Of a stretch of DNA of 64,000 nt, positions 1 to 8,892 are shown one piece after another. The stretch spans positions 22,109-86,108 of the forward strand of contig PCWB01000055.1 of the NCBI GenBank assembly GCA_002796135.1, read 5' to 3'. The position numbers and the translations under genes were made by a program. The notes beneath the pieces are model-generated. The model had not been told where the DNA came from. It worked only from the letters and a program-made list of their open reading frames with translations, and made no database searches. The stretch is from Candidatus Omnitrophica bacterium CG11_big_fil_rev_8_21_14_0_20_41_12 (GTDB taxonomy: Bacteria > Omnitrophota > Gorgyraeia > Gygaellales > Profunditerraquicolaceae). The number at the start of each line of letters is the position of its first letter. Positions within the stretch are counted from its first letter, which is position 1.

Positions 1-661
1 GGAGATGAAGCAACTTCTGCCGATACTTAAGAAAATAGGTTCGCCGATAATTTCACTTACCGGAAATACAAAATCAATTCTTGCTAAATATAGTGATGTG
101 GTTTTAGATGTTTCGGTAAAGCAGGAGGCTTGTCCCTTAGGATTGGCTCCGACTGCTTCAACCACTGTTTCTTTAGCGATGGCCGATGCCTTGGCCGTAT
201 GTTTATTGGAACGCAAGGGTTTTAAAGAAAAAGATTTTGCTTTTTTTCACCCCGGAGGAGCTTTAGGCAGGCGGCTGATTTTAACTGTTGAAGATATTAT
301 GCGCAAGGGCCAGGCCAATGCGATTGTCGGAGAGAATTCGAAAGTCTCCCAGGTATTATTTGCGATAACCCGGGCGCGCGCGGGATCGGCAATTGTTGTG
401 GATAAATCAGGTAAACTCAAAGGGATATTTACCGACGGAGATCTCCGGAGGCACTTGGGAAGCGATAAAGAACTGCCGAATCGCAAGATCAAAGAGGTAA
501 TGACTAAGAATCCTACTGTAGTAAAGAAAGATATGCTGGCAGCCGAAGCAATGCGTATATTGCAGGCCAAGAGAATTGATGAGGTGCCGGTAGTTGATAA
601 GTTTATGCGACCACTTGGCTTGTTGGATGTGCAGGATCTGCTTAAAGCTGGGTTAGTTTAA
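1..661 (+). CDS. kdsD: Arabinose-5-phosphate isomerase (KdsD/KpsF family), C-terminal part; 5' end is off-window
   Basis: The ORF runs from the window edge. It has the tail of a SIS domain followed by two CBS-like segments (GIFTDGDLRR, VPVVDK). It lies directly upstream of kdsC, lptC/A and lptB, the classical kdsD-kdsC-lptCAB arrangement. Confidence 0.7.
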   Translation, partial: EMKQLLPILKKIGSPIISLTGNTKSILAKYSDVVLDVSVKQEACPLGLAPTASTTVSLAMADALAVCLLERKGFKEKDFAFFHPGGALGRRLILTVEDIMRKGQANAIVGENSKVSQVLFAITRARAGSAIVVDKSGKLKGIFTDGDLRRHLGSDKELPNRKIKEVMTKNPTVVKKDMLAAEAMRILQAKRIDEVPVVDKFMRPLGLLDVQDLLKAGLV

Positions 662-1201
662 ATGATAAAATTAAACGAAGAAGAATTAAAAGCGTATTTT
701 AAAAAAATTAAATTATTATTATTGGATGTAGACGGAGTTTTGACTGACGGCAGGATAATTTATGATTCCCGGGGGCATGATTCAAAATTTTTTAATGTGC
801 ATGACGGCTTGGGTGTTTTTGTTTTGCATAAATCAGGAATTCCGACCATTCTGATTACTGCCAAAAGCTCTAAGACCATTAAGCCGCGGGCAAAAGATAT
901 GCACGTGGCCGAAGTTTTTGCCGATATCTTTCCTAAGACAGCGGTGTTGGATAAAATTTTAAAAAAATATAATGTAGCTTCAGACGAGGTTTGTTTTATC
1001 GCCGATGACCTGGTGGATCTGTCACTGATGCATAAAGTAGGATTGCCTGTTGCTGTAGCCAATGCCTCTAGCGAGATAAAAGAGGCAGCTATTTTTATAA
1101 CTAACCGTGCGGGTGGTTTTGGTGCGGTGAGAGAAATTGCGGAGTTGATTTTAAAATCGCAAGATAAGTGGAAAGATGTTTTAGGATTCTATGGCGCTTA
1201 A
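662..1201 (+). CDS. kdsC: 3-deoxy-D-manno-octulosonate 8-phosphate phosphatase (HAD family)
   Basis: HAD motif I (LLLDVDGVLTDG) and the KdsC-typical size of 179 aa. The position between kdsD and the lpt genes fits. Confidence 0.8.
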   Translation: MIKLNEEELKAYFKKIKLLLLDVDGVLTDGRIIYDSRGHDSKFFNVHDGLGVFVLHKSGIPTILITAKSSKTIKPRAKDMHVAEVFADIFPKTAVLDKILKKYNVASDEVCFIADDLVDLSLMHKVGLPVAVANASSEIKEAAIFITNRAGGFGAVREIAELILKSQDKWKDVLGFYGA

Positions 1202-2102
1202 AAAAATAATTTTAGTTTTGACGTTTTTATTTCTTGCCTACGCTAATCTAATAGCAGCAGAAAACAAGAAAGCAAGTGTTCCTGAAGTATCTAAAGATGC
1301 TAAGGAATCCGCTCAGCAGGTCGGAGATTTTACACTTTCCGGTTCCGGGGATAAAGGGAAAAAAACTTGGGACCTGGCAGGAAAATCAGCGGATATTTAT
1401 AATGATGTGGTCAAACTTAAAAAAGTAGTGGGCAATAATTATGGAGATAAAGATAGTATAAATTTAACTGCGGATAACGGTAACTTTAATAAAACTAGCG
1501 GAGTAGTGCATTTGGAAGATAATGTAGTGATCACTACATCCAGCGGTATCAAGCTTACCACCGATTCTCTTGATTGGGACCGTAAGCAGCAGATCGTCAG
1601 CACTTTGGATAAAATTAATTTGGACCGCTCAGATATGAATCTTTCTGGGCAGGGAGCCAAGGGCCAGACCGGGCTAAAACAGGTTGTGCTCCAAAAAGAT
1701 GTACGTTTAGATATTAAGCCCAAGGATCTGCAGGATAATAAAAAAGAAAGAATTATCATTACTTGTGATGGGCCGTTAGATGTTGATTATGAAAAAAATA
1801 TTGCTGTATTTAATAATAATGTTAAAGTAGAGAAATCGGATCTTACAATCTACAGCGATAAAATGCAGGTTTATTTTTCTCCTAAGCAGGAAGCTGAGAA
1901 GCAGGATCAGGGCTCACAAGTTTTGTCCAGTTCGATTAACAAGATTATTGCTTTAGGAAATGTCCGTATATTACGCGGAGAGAATATTTCTTATAGTCAG
2001 GAAGCTATTTATACAGCTTTGGATAAGAAGATGATTTTAACCGGTAGGCCTCAAATAATTATCTATCAAACGGAGAATATGAATGCGGCTTTTGGAAACT
2101 AA
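1191..2102 (+). CDS. LPS-transport periplasmic protein, LptC/LptA (OstA-like beta-jellyroll) family
   Basis: It has an N-terminal signal/anchor ([23 protein letters not shown]) and an OstA-like repeat pattern. It is the only gene between kdsC and lptB, where lptC and lptA normally sit. At 303 aa it is longer than a single LptA or LptC, so a fusion is possible. Confidence 0.5.
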   Translation: MALKKIILVLTFLFLAYANLIAAENKKASVPEVSKDAKESAQQVGDFTLSGSGDKGKKTWDLAGKSADIYNDVVKLKKVVGNNYGDKDSINLTADNGNFNKTSGVVHLEDNVVITTSSGIKLTTDSLDWDRKQQIVSTLDKINLDRSDMNLSGQGAKGQTGLKQVVLQKDVRLDIKPKDLQDNKKERIIITCDGPLDVDYEKNIAVFNNNVKVEKSDLTIYSDKMQVYFSPKQEAEKQDQGSQVLSSSINKIIALGNVRILRGENISYSQEAIYTALDKKMILTGRPQIIIYQTENMNAAFGN

Positions 2103-2805
2103 GGGACTGGCTAAAACTTATGACGGCCGTCAAGTAGTCAAGGGAGTGAATATTACGGTTAAGCGCGGGGAGATCGTTGGGCTGCTGGGGCCTAATGGTG
2201 CCGGTAAGACCACAACCTTTTATATGATCGTAGGAATTGTCCCTCCGAATCGCGGAAAAATTGTTTTTGATAATCATGATATTACTAATCTGCCAATTCA
2301 TGAGCGCGCGCATTTTGGTATTGGGTATCTTTCTCAGGAAGCCTCAATATTCCGTAAGCTGACGGTTGAAGAAAACATAAAGGCGATCCTGGAAACTTTA
2401 CCGATCAGCCGTCCGGAGCGCAAGCGCAGGCTTGTCTCTTTGCTTGAGGAGTTGAATATTGCGCATTTAGCTAAGCATAAAGCATATACTTTAAGCGGCG
2501 GGGAAAGAAGGCGCCTGGAGATTACCCGGGCCCTGGTAACTAATCCTTCATTTATACTTTTAGATGAGCCATTTTCGGGGATTGACCCGATCGTCGTTAA
2601 CGAAGCTCAGGAAATTATTAAGGAATTAAAAGCAAAAGGTTTAGGAATTTTATTAACTGATCATAACGTTCGCGAAACACTGGCGATAACCGACCGGGCA
2701 TATTTAATTTCAGACGGGGAAATTCTTATCTCGGGTACGGCTCACGAACTGATCAATGATCCTCAAGCGCGTCAGGTTTATTTGGGTGAAAAGTTTAGAA
2801 TGTAA
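2083..2805 (+). CDS. lptB: LPS export ABC transporter ATP-binding protein LptB
   Basis: Walker A (GPNGAGKTT), ABC signature ([11 protein letters not shown]) and Walker B (ILLDEP). It is 240 aa and sits after the lptA-like gene. Confidence 0.85.
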   Translation: MRLLETKGLAKTYDGRQVVKGVNITVKRGEIVGLLGPNGAGKTTTFYMIVGIVPPNRGKIVFDNHDITNLPIHERAHFGIGYLSQEASIFRKLTVEENIKAILETLPISRPERKRRLVSLLEELNIAHLAKHKAYTLSGGERRRLEITRALVTNPSFILLDEPFSGIDPIVVNEAQEIIKELKAKGLGILLTDHNVRETLAITDRAYLISDGEILISGTAHELINDPQARQVYLGEKFRM

Positions 2806-2817
2806 GAAAGGGAATAG

Positions 2818-3696
2818 ATGAAAACTGAAGTAAAGAAGTTGGATGGAACAAAATGTGAAATTAATATAGCGGTAGTCGGAGAACAGGTAAAAAATAAATT
2901 TGAGGAGGTTTTTGCACAAATTGCAAAAGAGGCAAAAGTCCCGGGGTTCCGGCCGGGCAAGGCTCCCAGAGATATGTTGGAAAAGCATTATGCAGCAGCT
3001 GTGCATGAACAGGTTATAAAAGAACTGGTTCCGGATGTTTATAATCAGGCGATTGCTTTAGAGAAGCTTGATGTGATTGAATTACCCCAGATAACTGAGG
3101 TCAAGCTTGACCGCAGTAATCTTTCTTTTAAGGCGGTGGTCGAGATAACCCCCGAGATTGCGGTTAAAAATTATAAAGGGATAAAGATAAATTTTAAAAC
3201 AGTTTCAGTTTCTCCCGATGAAGTAAAACGGCAGATTGATTCTATTAAGGAGTCGCGTAAGGCTGAAAGTTTAGATGATAAATTCAGCCGTTCTCTGGGA
3301 TATCCTAACCTTACTGAACTGGAAAAAGCAATAGAGCGTCAGATCTTTATCAGTAAAGAGAATCAGGAGCGCGCGCGTATCGAGAATGGATTGATTGAAG
3401 GGATAACTAGGGGTTTAGAGTTTAAGCTTCCCCAGGGGCTAGTTGACCGTCAGATTCAGGATATGCTCAGACAAACCAAAATTGATTTAGCCATGAAGGG
3501 CCTGCCTCGGGATAAGATTGACGAACAGGAGAAATTACTTTTAGACGGCATTACTCCCGATGCTAAGAAACAGGTTAAGATTTATTTGATCTTATCCCAG
3601 ATAGCTAAAAAAGAGAATATTTCTATTGATGATCATCTGCCGCGCAAGGTCATGGAATTTTTATTAAAAGAAGCAGATTGGCAGTTAGAAAAATAA
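2818..3696 (+). CDS. tig: Trigger factor (N-terminal ribosome-binding plus C-terminal chaperone domain; PPIase domain absent)
   Basis: It has the TF signature GFRPGKAP in its N domain and lies directly upstream of clpP, the conserved tig-clpP order. It is only 292 aa. The sequence passes from the end of the N domain (EVKRQIDSIKESRKAE) straight into C-domain-like sequence without an FKBP-type segment. Confidence 0.7.
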   Translation: MKTEVKKLDGTKCEINIAVVGEQVKNKFEEVFAQIAKEAKVPGFRPGKAPRDMLEKHYAAAVHEQVIKELVPDVYNQAIALEKLDVIELPQITEVKLDRSNLSFKAVVEITPEIAVKNYKGIKINFKTVSVSPDEVKRQIDSIKESRKAESLDDKFSRSLGYPNLTELEKAIERQIFISKENQERARIENGLIEGITRGLEFKLPQGLVDRQIQDMLRQTKIDLAMKGLPRDKIDEQEKLLLDGITPDAKKQVKIYLILSQIAKKENISIDDHLPRKVMEFLLKEADWQLEK

Positions 3697-3704
3697 TGTA
3701 GTTA

Positions 3705-3751
3705 CACACCCCGCGCCTAGAGGAGTTGCGCGGGTGTGCTCTAGGTAGCGC
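3705..3751 (+). promoter_or_regulatory. Pair of overlapping, mutually exclusive inverted repeats in the tig-clpP spacer
   Basis: Hairpin A pairs CACACCCCGCGC (3705-3716) with GCGCGGGTGTG (3728-3738) around an 11-nt loop. Hairpin B pairs GCGCCTAGAG (3713-3722) with CTCTAGG-ta-GCGC (3740-3751). The two share the GCGC segment, so they cannot form together. There is no U-tract after either. Confidence 0.35.
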
Positions 3752-3768
3752 AGGTAACTTCATAAAAA

Positions 3769-4395
3769 ATGGAGGAGGATAAGATGAATACGAAAATGCA
3801 GACATTTGTTCCCATGGTCATTGAGCAGACTCTCCGGGGTTTTGAGCGTGCCTATGATATTTATTCACGACTTCTTAAGGACCGTATTTTGTTTATCGGG
3901 ACTCCGATTGATGATTATGTGGCAAATTTAGTAATTGCGCAGTTGCTTTTTTTACAAATGGAAGATAAGGATAAGGAGATTAGTGTTTATATCAATTCTC
4001 CCGGTGGTTCAGTTACTGCGGGCCTGGCGATTTATGATACGATCCAATTTATAAAATGCGATGTCGCTACTTTCTGTGTAGGCCAGGCGGCCAGTATGGG
4101 TGCGCTTTTATTGTCGGCCGGCACTAAAGGAAAACGTTTTGTGCTTCCTAATTCCCGGGTAATGATCCATCAGCCCTGGGGAGGAGTACAGGGAGCTGCT
4201 GCCGATATCTCGATTCAGGCCAAAGAGATTTTAAAATTACGCGATCGGATCAATGAGATCTTAGTGTTGCACACCGGCCAATCCTTAGAGAAAATACAAA
4301 AGGATACTGACCGGGATTATTTTATGTCCGCCCAGGAATCTAAGGATTATGGTTTGATTGACGAGGTCATCTTACCGGGAACCAAAAAGAAATAA
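3769..4395 (+). CDS. clpP: ATP-dependent Clp protease proteolytic subunit
   Basis: Strong ClpP signature throughout ([50 protein letters not shown]). An RBS GGAGGAGG lies upstream. Confidence 0.9.
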   Translation: MEEDKMNTKMQTFVPMVIEQTLRGFERAYDIYSRLLKDRILFIGTPIDDYVANLVIAQLLFLQMEDKDKEISVYINSPGGSVTAGLAIYDTIQFIKCDVATFCVGQAASMGALLLSAGTKGKRFVLPNSRVMIHQPWGGVQGAAADISIQAKEILKLRDRINEILVLHTGQSLEKIQKDTDRDYFMSAQESKDYGLIDEVILPGTKKK

Positions 4396-4427
4396 ATTAA
4401 ACAATCTATTTTTAGGAGAAAGAAAAA

Positions 4428-5576
4428 ATGAGAAAAGAATATTTATTGACTCCGGGGCCCACACCTTTACCGCCGCAAATAAGCCTGGCGATGGCCAAAC
4501 CGATTATTCATCATCGTACCCCGCAATTTCAGGCGATCTTAAAAGAAGTGAGCTCAGGATTAAAATGGGTTTTTCAGACGGCCAATGACGTTTTTATTAT
4601 TTCTTCTTCAGGAACCGGGGCAATGGAGGCAGCGGTAATTAATCTACTTTCAGCCGGGGATATTGCTTTAGTGGTGCAAGGAGGAAAATTCGGAGAAAGA
4701 TGGACGGAGATTGCTAAAGCCTACGGAATTAATACTGAAATTATCGATGTAGAATGGGGTAAAGCGGTTAGCCCGCAAGAGATAGGCAAAAGATTAAAAG
4801 CTAATCCGCAGATAAAAGCGGTATTTGTTACTCTTTGCGAAACTTCAACCGGAGTGGATAATGATATTCAAGCCATTGCAGCGGTAGTTAAAGAAACTCC
4901 CGCGGTGCTGGTTGTCGATGCCATCAGCGGCCTGGGAGCTGTCGATATAAAAACAGATGCCTGGGGGGTTGATGTGGTTGTGGCCGGATCCCAAAAAGGA
5001 TTAATGTTGCCTCCGGGGTTAGGTTTTATTTCAGTTGGCCCAAAAGCCTGGAAATTAGTCGAAGCATCAAAGGGCGGGCGTTATTATTTAGATTTAAGAA
5101 AAGCTAAAAAAGCCGCAGATAAAAATGATACCCCGTTTACCTCATCGATTACTTTAATTGATGCTTTGAATGAGGCGTTAAAAATTATGCAAAAGGACGG
5201 ATTAGAGTATATTTTTAAGCGCCATAAAATAATGGCGGATGCAACTCGCGCTGCGTCTGGAGCCTTAGGCCTGGAATTATTTGCCCCAACTGCTGCCTCA
5301 GATGCAGTTTCGGCAGTAAAAGTACCTGCTGGTCTGGACGGTGAAAAGCTGGTTAAAACCATGCGTGATACTTACGGAGTAACTATTGCCGGAGGCCAAG
5401 CCGAGCTTAAAGGGAAAATTTTTCGTATCGCCCACATGGGTTATATTGCCGAAAGCGATATTATTACCGGTCTGGCTTGTTTGGAGAAAGTGCTTACTCA
5501 GATGGGTTATAAGTTTACTTTAGGTGCAGGTGTATCGGCAGCTGAAGAGATATTCTTAAAGAAGGAGAATAATTAA
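4428..5576 (+). CDS. Class V pyridoxal-phosphate aminotransferase (serine-pyruvate / phosphoserine aminotransferase-like)
   Basis: AGT-family class V fold pattern with SGTGAMEAA and a lysine region (GSQKGL) typical of the PLP site. It lies directly upstream of serA and overlaps it, suggesting a phosphoserine aminotransferase role. Confidence 0.65.
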   Translation: MRKEYLLTPGPTPLPPQISLAMAKPIIHHRTPQFQAILKEVSSGLKWVFQTANDVFIISSSGTGAMEAAVINLLSAGDIALVVQGGKFGERWTEIAKAYGINTEIIDVEWGKAVSPQEIGKRLKANPQIKAVFVTLCETSTGVDNDIQAIAAVVKETPAVLVVDAISGLGAVDIKTDAWGVDVVVAGSQKGLMLPPGLGFISVGPKAWKLVEASKGGRYYLDLRKAKKAADKNDTPFTSSITLIDALNEALKIMQKDGLEYIFKRHKIMADATRAASGALGLELFAPTAASDAVSAVKVPAGLDGEKLVKTMRDTYGVTIAGGQAELKGKIFRIAHMGYIAESDIITGLACLEKVLTQMGYKFTLGAGVSAAEEIFLKKENN

Positions 5577-5577
5577 A

Positions 5578-7164
5578 ATGATTAGAGTTTTAGTCAGTGA
5601 CGTATTGAGTGAAGAGGGGCTTAAAGTATTTAAGGACTCCAAAGAATTAACCGTTGATGTAAAAACAGATCTGAAGCCGGATGCTTTAAAAGAGATCATC
5701 AAGGATTATGATGGTTTGGTTGTGCGCAGCGCAACTAAAGTGACCAAGGAAATTATCCAGGCAGCTAAGAAATTGAAGGTTATCGGACGCGCAGGCGTTG
5801 GCCTGGATAACGTCGATTTAGCAGCAGCCACTCAGCATGGCATTATCGTCATGAATACTCCGTCGGGCAATACTATTTCTACTGCGGAACATACTTTTAG
5901 TATGATTTTGGCGTTGTCTAGAAATATCGCCCAGGCGAATTCCTCAATGAAGAAAGGGGAATGGAAGCGTTCTAAATTTATGGGTGTGGAATTATATAAT
6001 AAAGTTTTAGGTATCGTTGGTTTCGGAAGGATCGGCTCAGAGGTTGCCAAGCGGGCCCAATCATTCGGGATGAAGGTTAGAGCTTTTGATCCTTTTTTGT
6101 CCGCAAAGGTAGCCGAGAGTATTGGTGTTGAGATTGCGGAATTAAAAAAGATTTTAGAGGAATCCGATTATATTACCGTACACACTCCTTTAACCGATGA
6201 AACCAGGCACATGATTTCGGATAAAGAATTCGGTATGATGAAAAAAGGAGTGCGGATCATAAACTGCGCGCGTGGCGGAATCATCGACGAGGCTGCTTTA
6301 GCCAAGGCGGTAGCTGAGGGTAAAGTGATCGGGGCAGCCATGGATGTTTTTGAAAATGAACCGCTTGCCGCAGACAGCCAGCTTTTAAAACTGGATAATG
6401 TGATTACTACTCCGCATTTGGGTGCATCTACCGAAGAAGCACAGGTCAATGTAGCTATTGAGGTTGCTGAAATTGTGCGCGATGCTTTATTAGGAAGAGG
6501 GATCCGTAATGCCGCGAATTACCCCTGCTTAGATGCCGAGGCCTGCAAAATTCTTAATCCGTATATTAGTTTAGGAGAAAAATTAGGGATGTTTGCTGCG
6601 CAATTAGTAGAAGGCAGATTCCAGGAGCTAGTTATAAGTTACAGCGGCCAGATTACGAATTATGATTTAAGCCCGGTGACTATGTCTTTAGTTAAAGGGT
6701 TATTGACCCCGATATTAAAGGAAAGGGTTAATTTTGTTAACGGGATATCTTTACTTAAAGAAAGAGGGATTAAGTTGCTGGAATCAAAATCCGGCCAGGA
6801 AGGTGAATTTGTGAATCTTATTCAGTTAGAGATCAAAACAGATCAAGAAACTAAATCTATCCTGGGGACGCTCTCCGGTAATAAGCAGCCCAGGATTGTT
6901 AAAATTGACGATTATTATCTGGATTTATATCCGGTTGGAGAAATGATCTTTATTCGCAACCTGGATAAATCGGGCTTAATTGGTAACCTGGGAACATTGA
7001 TGGGCAAAAATAACATCAACATTGCTGCGATGGCTTTAGGCCGTAATCAACCCGGCGATAAAGCAATCAGCGTTTGGAGCGTAGATAATCAGGTTACTCC
7101 TGAGATCCAGGAGAAAATTAAAAAATTAGAAAATATTCTAACGGTAAAGGTGATCAGAACTTGA
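5578..7164 (+). CDS. serA: D-3-phosphoglycerate dehydrogenase, long form with ASB and ACT domains
   Basis: NAD-binding motif GIVGFGRIGSEVA and a 2-hydroxyacid dehydrogenase catalytic region. It is 528 aa, with a C-terminal ACT-like regulatory segment. Confidence 0.85.
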   Translation: MIRVLVSDVLSEEGLKVFKDSKELTVDVKTDLKPDALKEIIKDYDGLVVRSATKVTKEIIQAAKKLKVIGRAGVGLDNVDLAAATQHGIIVMNTPSGNTISTAEHTFSMILALSRNIAQANSSMKKGEWKRSKFMGVELYNKVLGIVGFGRIGSEVAKRAQSFGMKVRAFDPFLSAKVAESIGVEIAELKKILEESDYITVHTPLTDETRHMISDKEFGMMKKGVRIINCARGGIIDEAALAKAVAEGKVIGAAMDVFENEPLAADSQLLKLDNVITTPHLGASTEEAQVNVAIEVAEIVRDALLGRGIRNAANYPCLDAEACKILNPYISLGEKLGMFAAQLVEGRFQELVISYSGQITNYDLSPVTMSLVKGLLTPILKERVNFVNGISLLKERGIKLLESKSGQEGEFVNLIQLEIKTDQETKSILGTLSGNKQPRIVKIDDYYLDLYPVGEMIFIRNLDKSGLIGNLGTLMGKNNINIAAMALGRNQPGDKAISVWSVDNQVTPEIQEKIKKLENILTVKVIRT

Positions 7165-8888
7165 AAAAAATTAAAATTATATTATTTATTATTAGCCTAT
7201 TCTTTCTGCCGGCTCAAAGCTTGCGCGCAGAGAATGTAACTATTCTTTATACCGGCCAGACCCATGCGATGCTTTATCCCTGCAGCTGTCCTATCCGCCA
7301 GGATGGGGGAGTGGCGCGCAGAGCTACCCTGATTAAACAACTAAGAAAAAAAGATCCTCAGCTTCTGCTCTTAGATTGCGGTAATTTTAGCGCCGGTGGG
7401 TTGATGGACGAATATACTCAAAGTACCCAGCTCGATATGCAGCGTTCGGAAATTAACTTTAAGTCTATGGAGCTGATGCATTATGATGCCGTTGGTATTG
7501 GTTCCGATGAATTTAATTTCGGTAAGGATTTTTTCTTAAAAAATGCTAAAAAAACCGGACCGGCATATCTTAGCGCTAATTTAGGTGCGGATAAAGTATC
7601 TGCGTATATAATTAAAGATAGCCAGGGGGTGAAAGTAGGTATTATCGGATTAACCGACTTAGAGGCTCAGCAGAAAACCGAAGGATTAAAAATCAGTGAG
7701 CCTAAAAAAATTGACGAATTAATTAAAAGTTTAAAAAAAGAAAACGTTCAAATAATCGTTCTTTTAAGTACTTTAGGAGAGCAAAAAGATCTGAAGTTGA
7801 TCTCTGAAGTTAATGGGATTGACGTACTTTTTACCGGGCAAAATCCTTTGAAGGAGGATTCGCTGACTAAGGTTGATAATACTTTTCTTCTGCGCCCGTT
7901 TTGGCAGGGGCGCAAGCTGGGAAAATTAACCCTGGAAGTCAAAGACGGAAAACTTATCGATTGTAAAATCGAAGAATTACCCCTGTCGGATGAAATTCCC
8001 GACGATGCCGTAATTAGCGCGATTTTACCCCGCTGTTATACTGATAGTAATTGCAGAAAAGATGGCAGCGTAGGAAGCTGTCAGAATCCGGGAACGCTAA
8101 AATCACGCTGCTCATTCAAAGCGCTAAACAAGGTGGACCTGCTGATTATCACAGCCAAGGATTGTGCTGTATGCGATGAACAGCCGGTCATAGATTCGTT
8201 AAAGAAAAAATTTCCCGGTTTGGCGATCAAGTATCTTTATTATCCCGACCAAAAGGCGAAAAGCCGGATAGCAAAATTGTCGCTTCCCGGACTGCCGGCC
8301 TATATTTTTGGCAAAGAGATTGAAAAAGAAGAAAAATTTTCAGCTATGAAAAATGATTTTTTACAAGTTGCAGATGCTTATGTGCTTAAGCCGCAAATAG
8401 GCGGCCTGGCTTATTTTCCCGAACGAAAAATCAAGCCGGGGAACTTAGATTTATTTTTGAGCTTATTTGATAAAGATGCTGCGCAGCTATTGGCAGTTAC
8501 AGAAGAGTTTAAGCCCGGGTTACATTTTCTGGCCCAGGAAACCAATGATGGCTTTAGCGCCAAAGGTGGCAAGCTTGAGGTTGAGGAGTATTTGCGCGCC
8601 GCGTGTATTCAGAAATATTATCCGCAAGAATTTTGGAGCTATTTAACCTGCCGTGCCAGGAATATTAATAGTTCTTATTGGGAAGACTGTCTTGGCGGCG
8701 TTGATCAGGATAAGTTAAAAAGTTGCGCCAGAGGCCAGGAGGGAATAAATTTACTTAGAGAGAATATCAGTTTGAGTAATGAACTAAAGATTATGTTTGG
8801 ACCGGCGTATCTTTTAGATAACCGGGAGATTTTTTCTTCCAGAGGCGTTCCTCAAAAAGAAGAGCTTAAAAAAATATTAAAGAGGTGA
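7161..8888 (+). CDS. Secreted 5'-nucleotidase/metallophosphoesterase-like protein with degenerate metal ligands and a Cys-rich (CxxC) C-terminal region
   Basis: It has a signal peptide and a TTG start. The N-terminal half aligns in pattern to UshA/YfkN-type calcineurin-like phosphoesterases (ILYTGQTH.., DCGNFSAGG, GSDEFNFG), but the usual D/H/N metal-ligand residues are substituted. The C-terminal half carries CAVCDEQ plus further cysteine clusters. Confidence 0.45.
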   Translation: MKKIKIILFIISLFFLPAQSLRAENVTILYTGQTHAMLYPCSCPIRQDGGVARRATLIKQLRKKDPQLLLLDCGNFSAGGLMDEYTQSTQLDMQRSEINFKSMELMHYDAVGIGSDEFNFGKDFFLKNAKKTGPAYLSANLGADKVSAYIIKDSQGVKVGIIGLTDLEAQQKTEGLKISEPKKIDELIKSLKKENVQIIVLLSTLGEQKDLKLISEVNGIDVLFTGQNPLKEDSLTKVDNTFLLRPFWQGRKLGKLTLEVKDGKLIDCKIEELPLSDEIPDDAVISAILPRCYTDSNCRKDGSVGSCQNPGTLKSRCSFKALNKVDLLIITAKDCAVCDEQPVIDSLKKKFPGLAIKYLYYPDQKAKSRIAKLSLPGLPAYIFGKEIEKEEKFSAMKNDFLQVADAYVLKPQIGGLAYFPERKIKPGNLDLFLSLFDKDAAQLLAVTEEFKPGLHFLAQETNDGFSAKGGKLEVEEYLRAACIQKYYPQEFWSYLTCRARNINSSYWEDCLGGVDQDKLKSCARGQEGINLLRENISLSNELKIMFGPAYLLDNREIFSSRGVPQKEELKKILKR

Positions 8889-8892
8889 AAAT

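Noticed and set aside
4358-4588. 76-aa + strand ORF spanning the clpP 3' end and the aminotransferase 5' end
   Set aside because: It overlaps two confident genes in an alternative frame. Its low-complexity translation ([14 protein letters not shown]…) has no start or RBS support.
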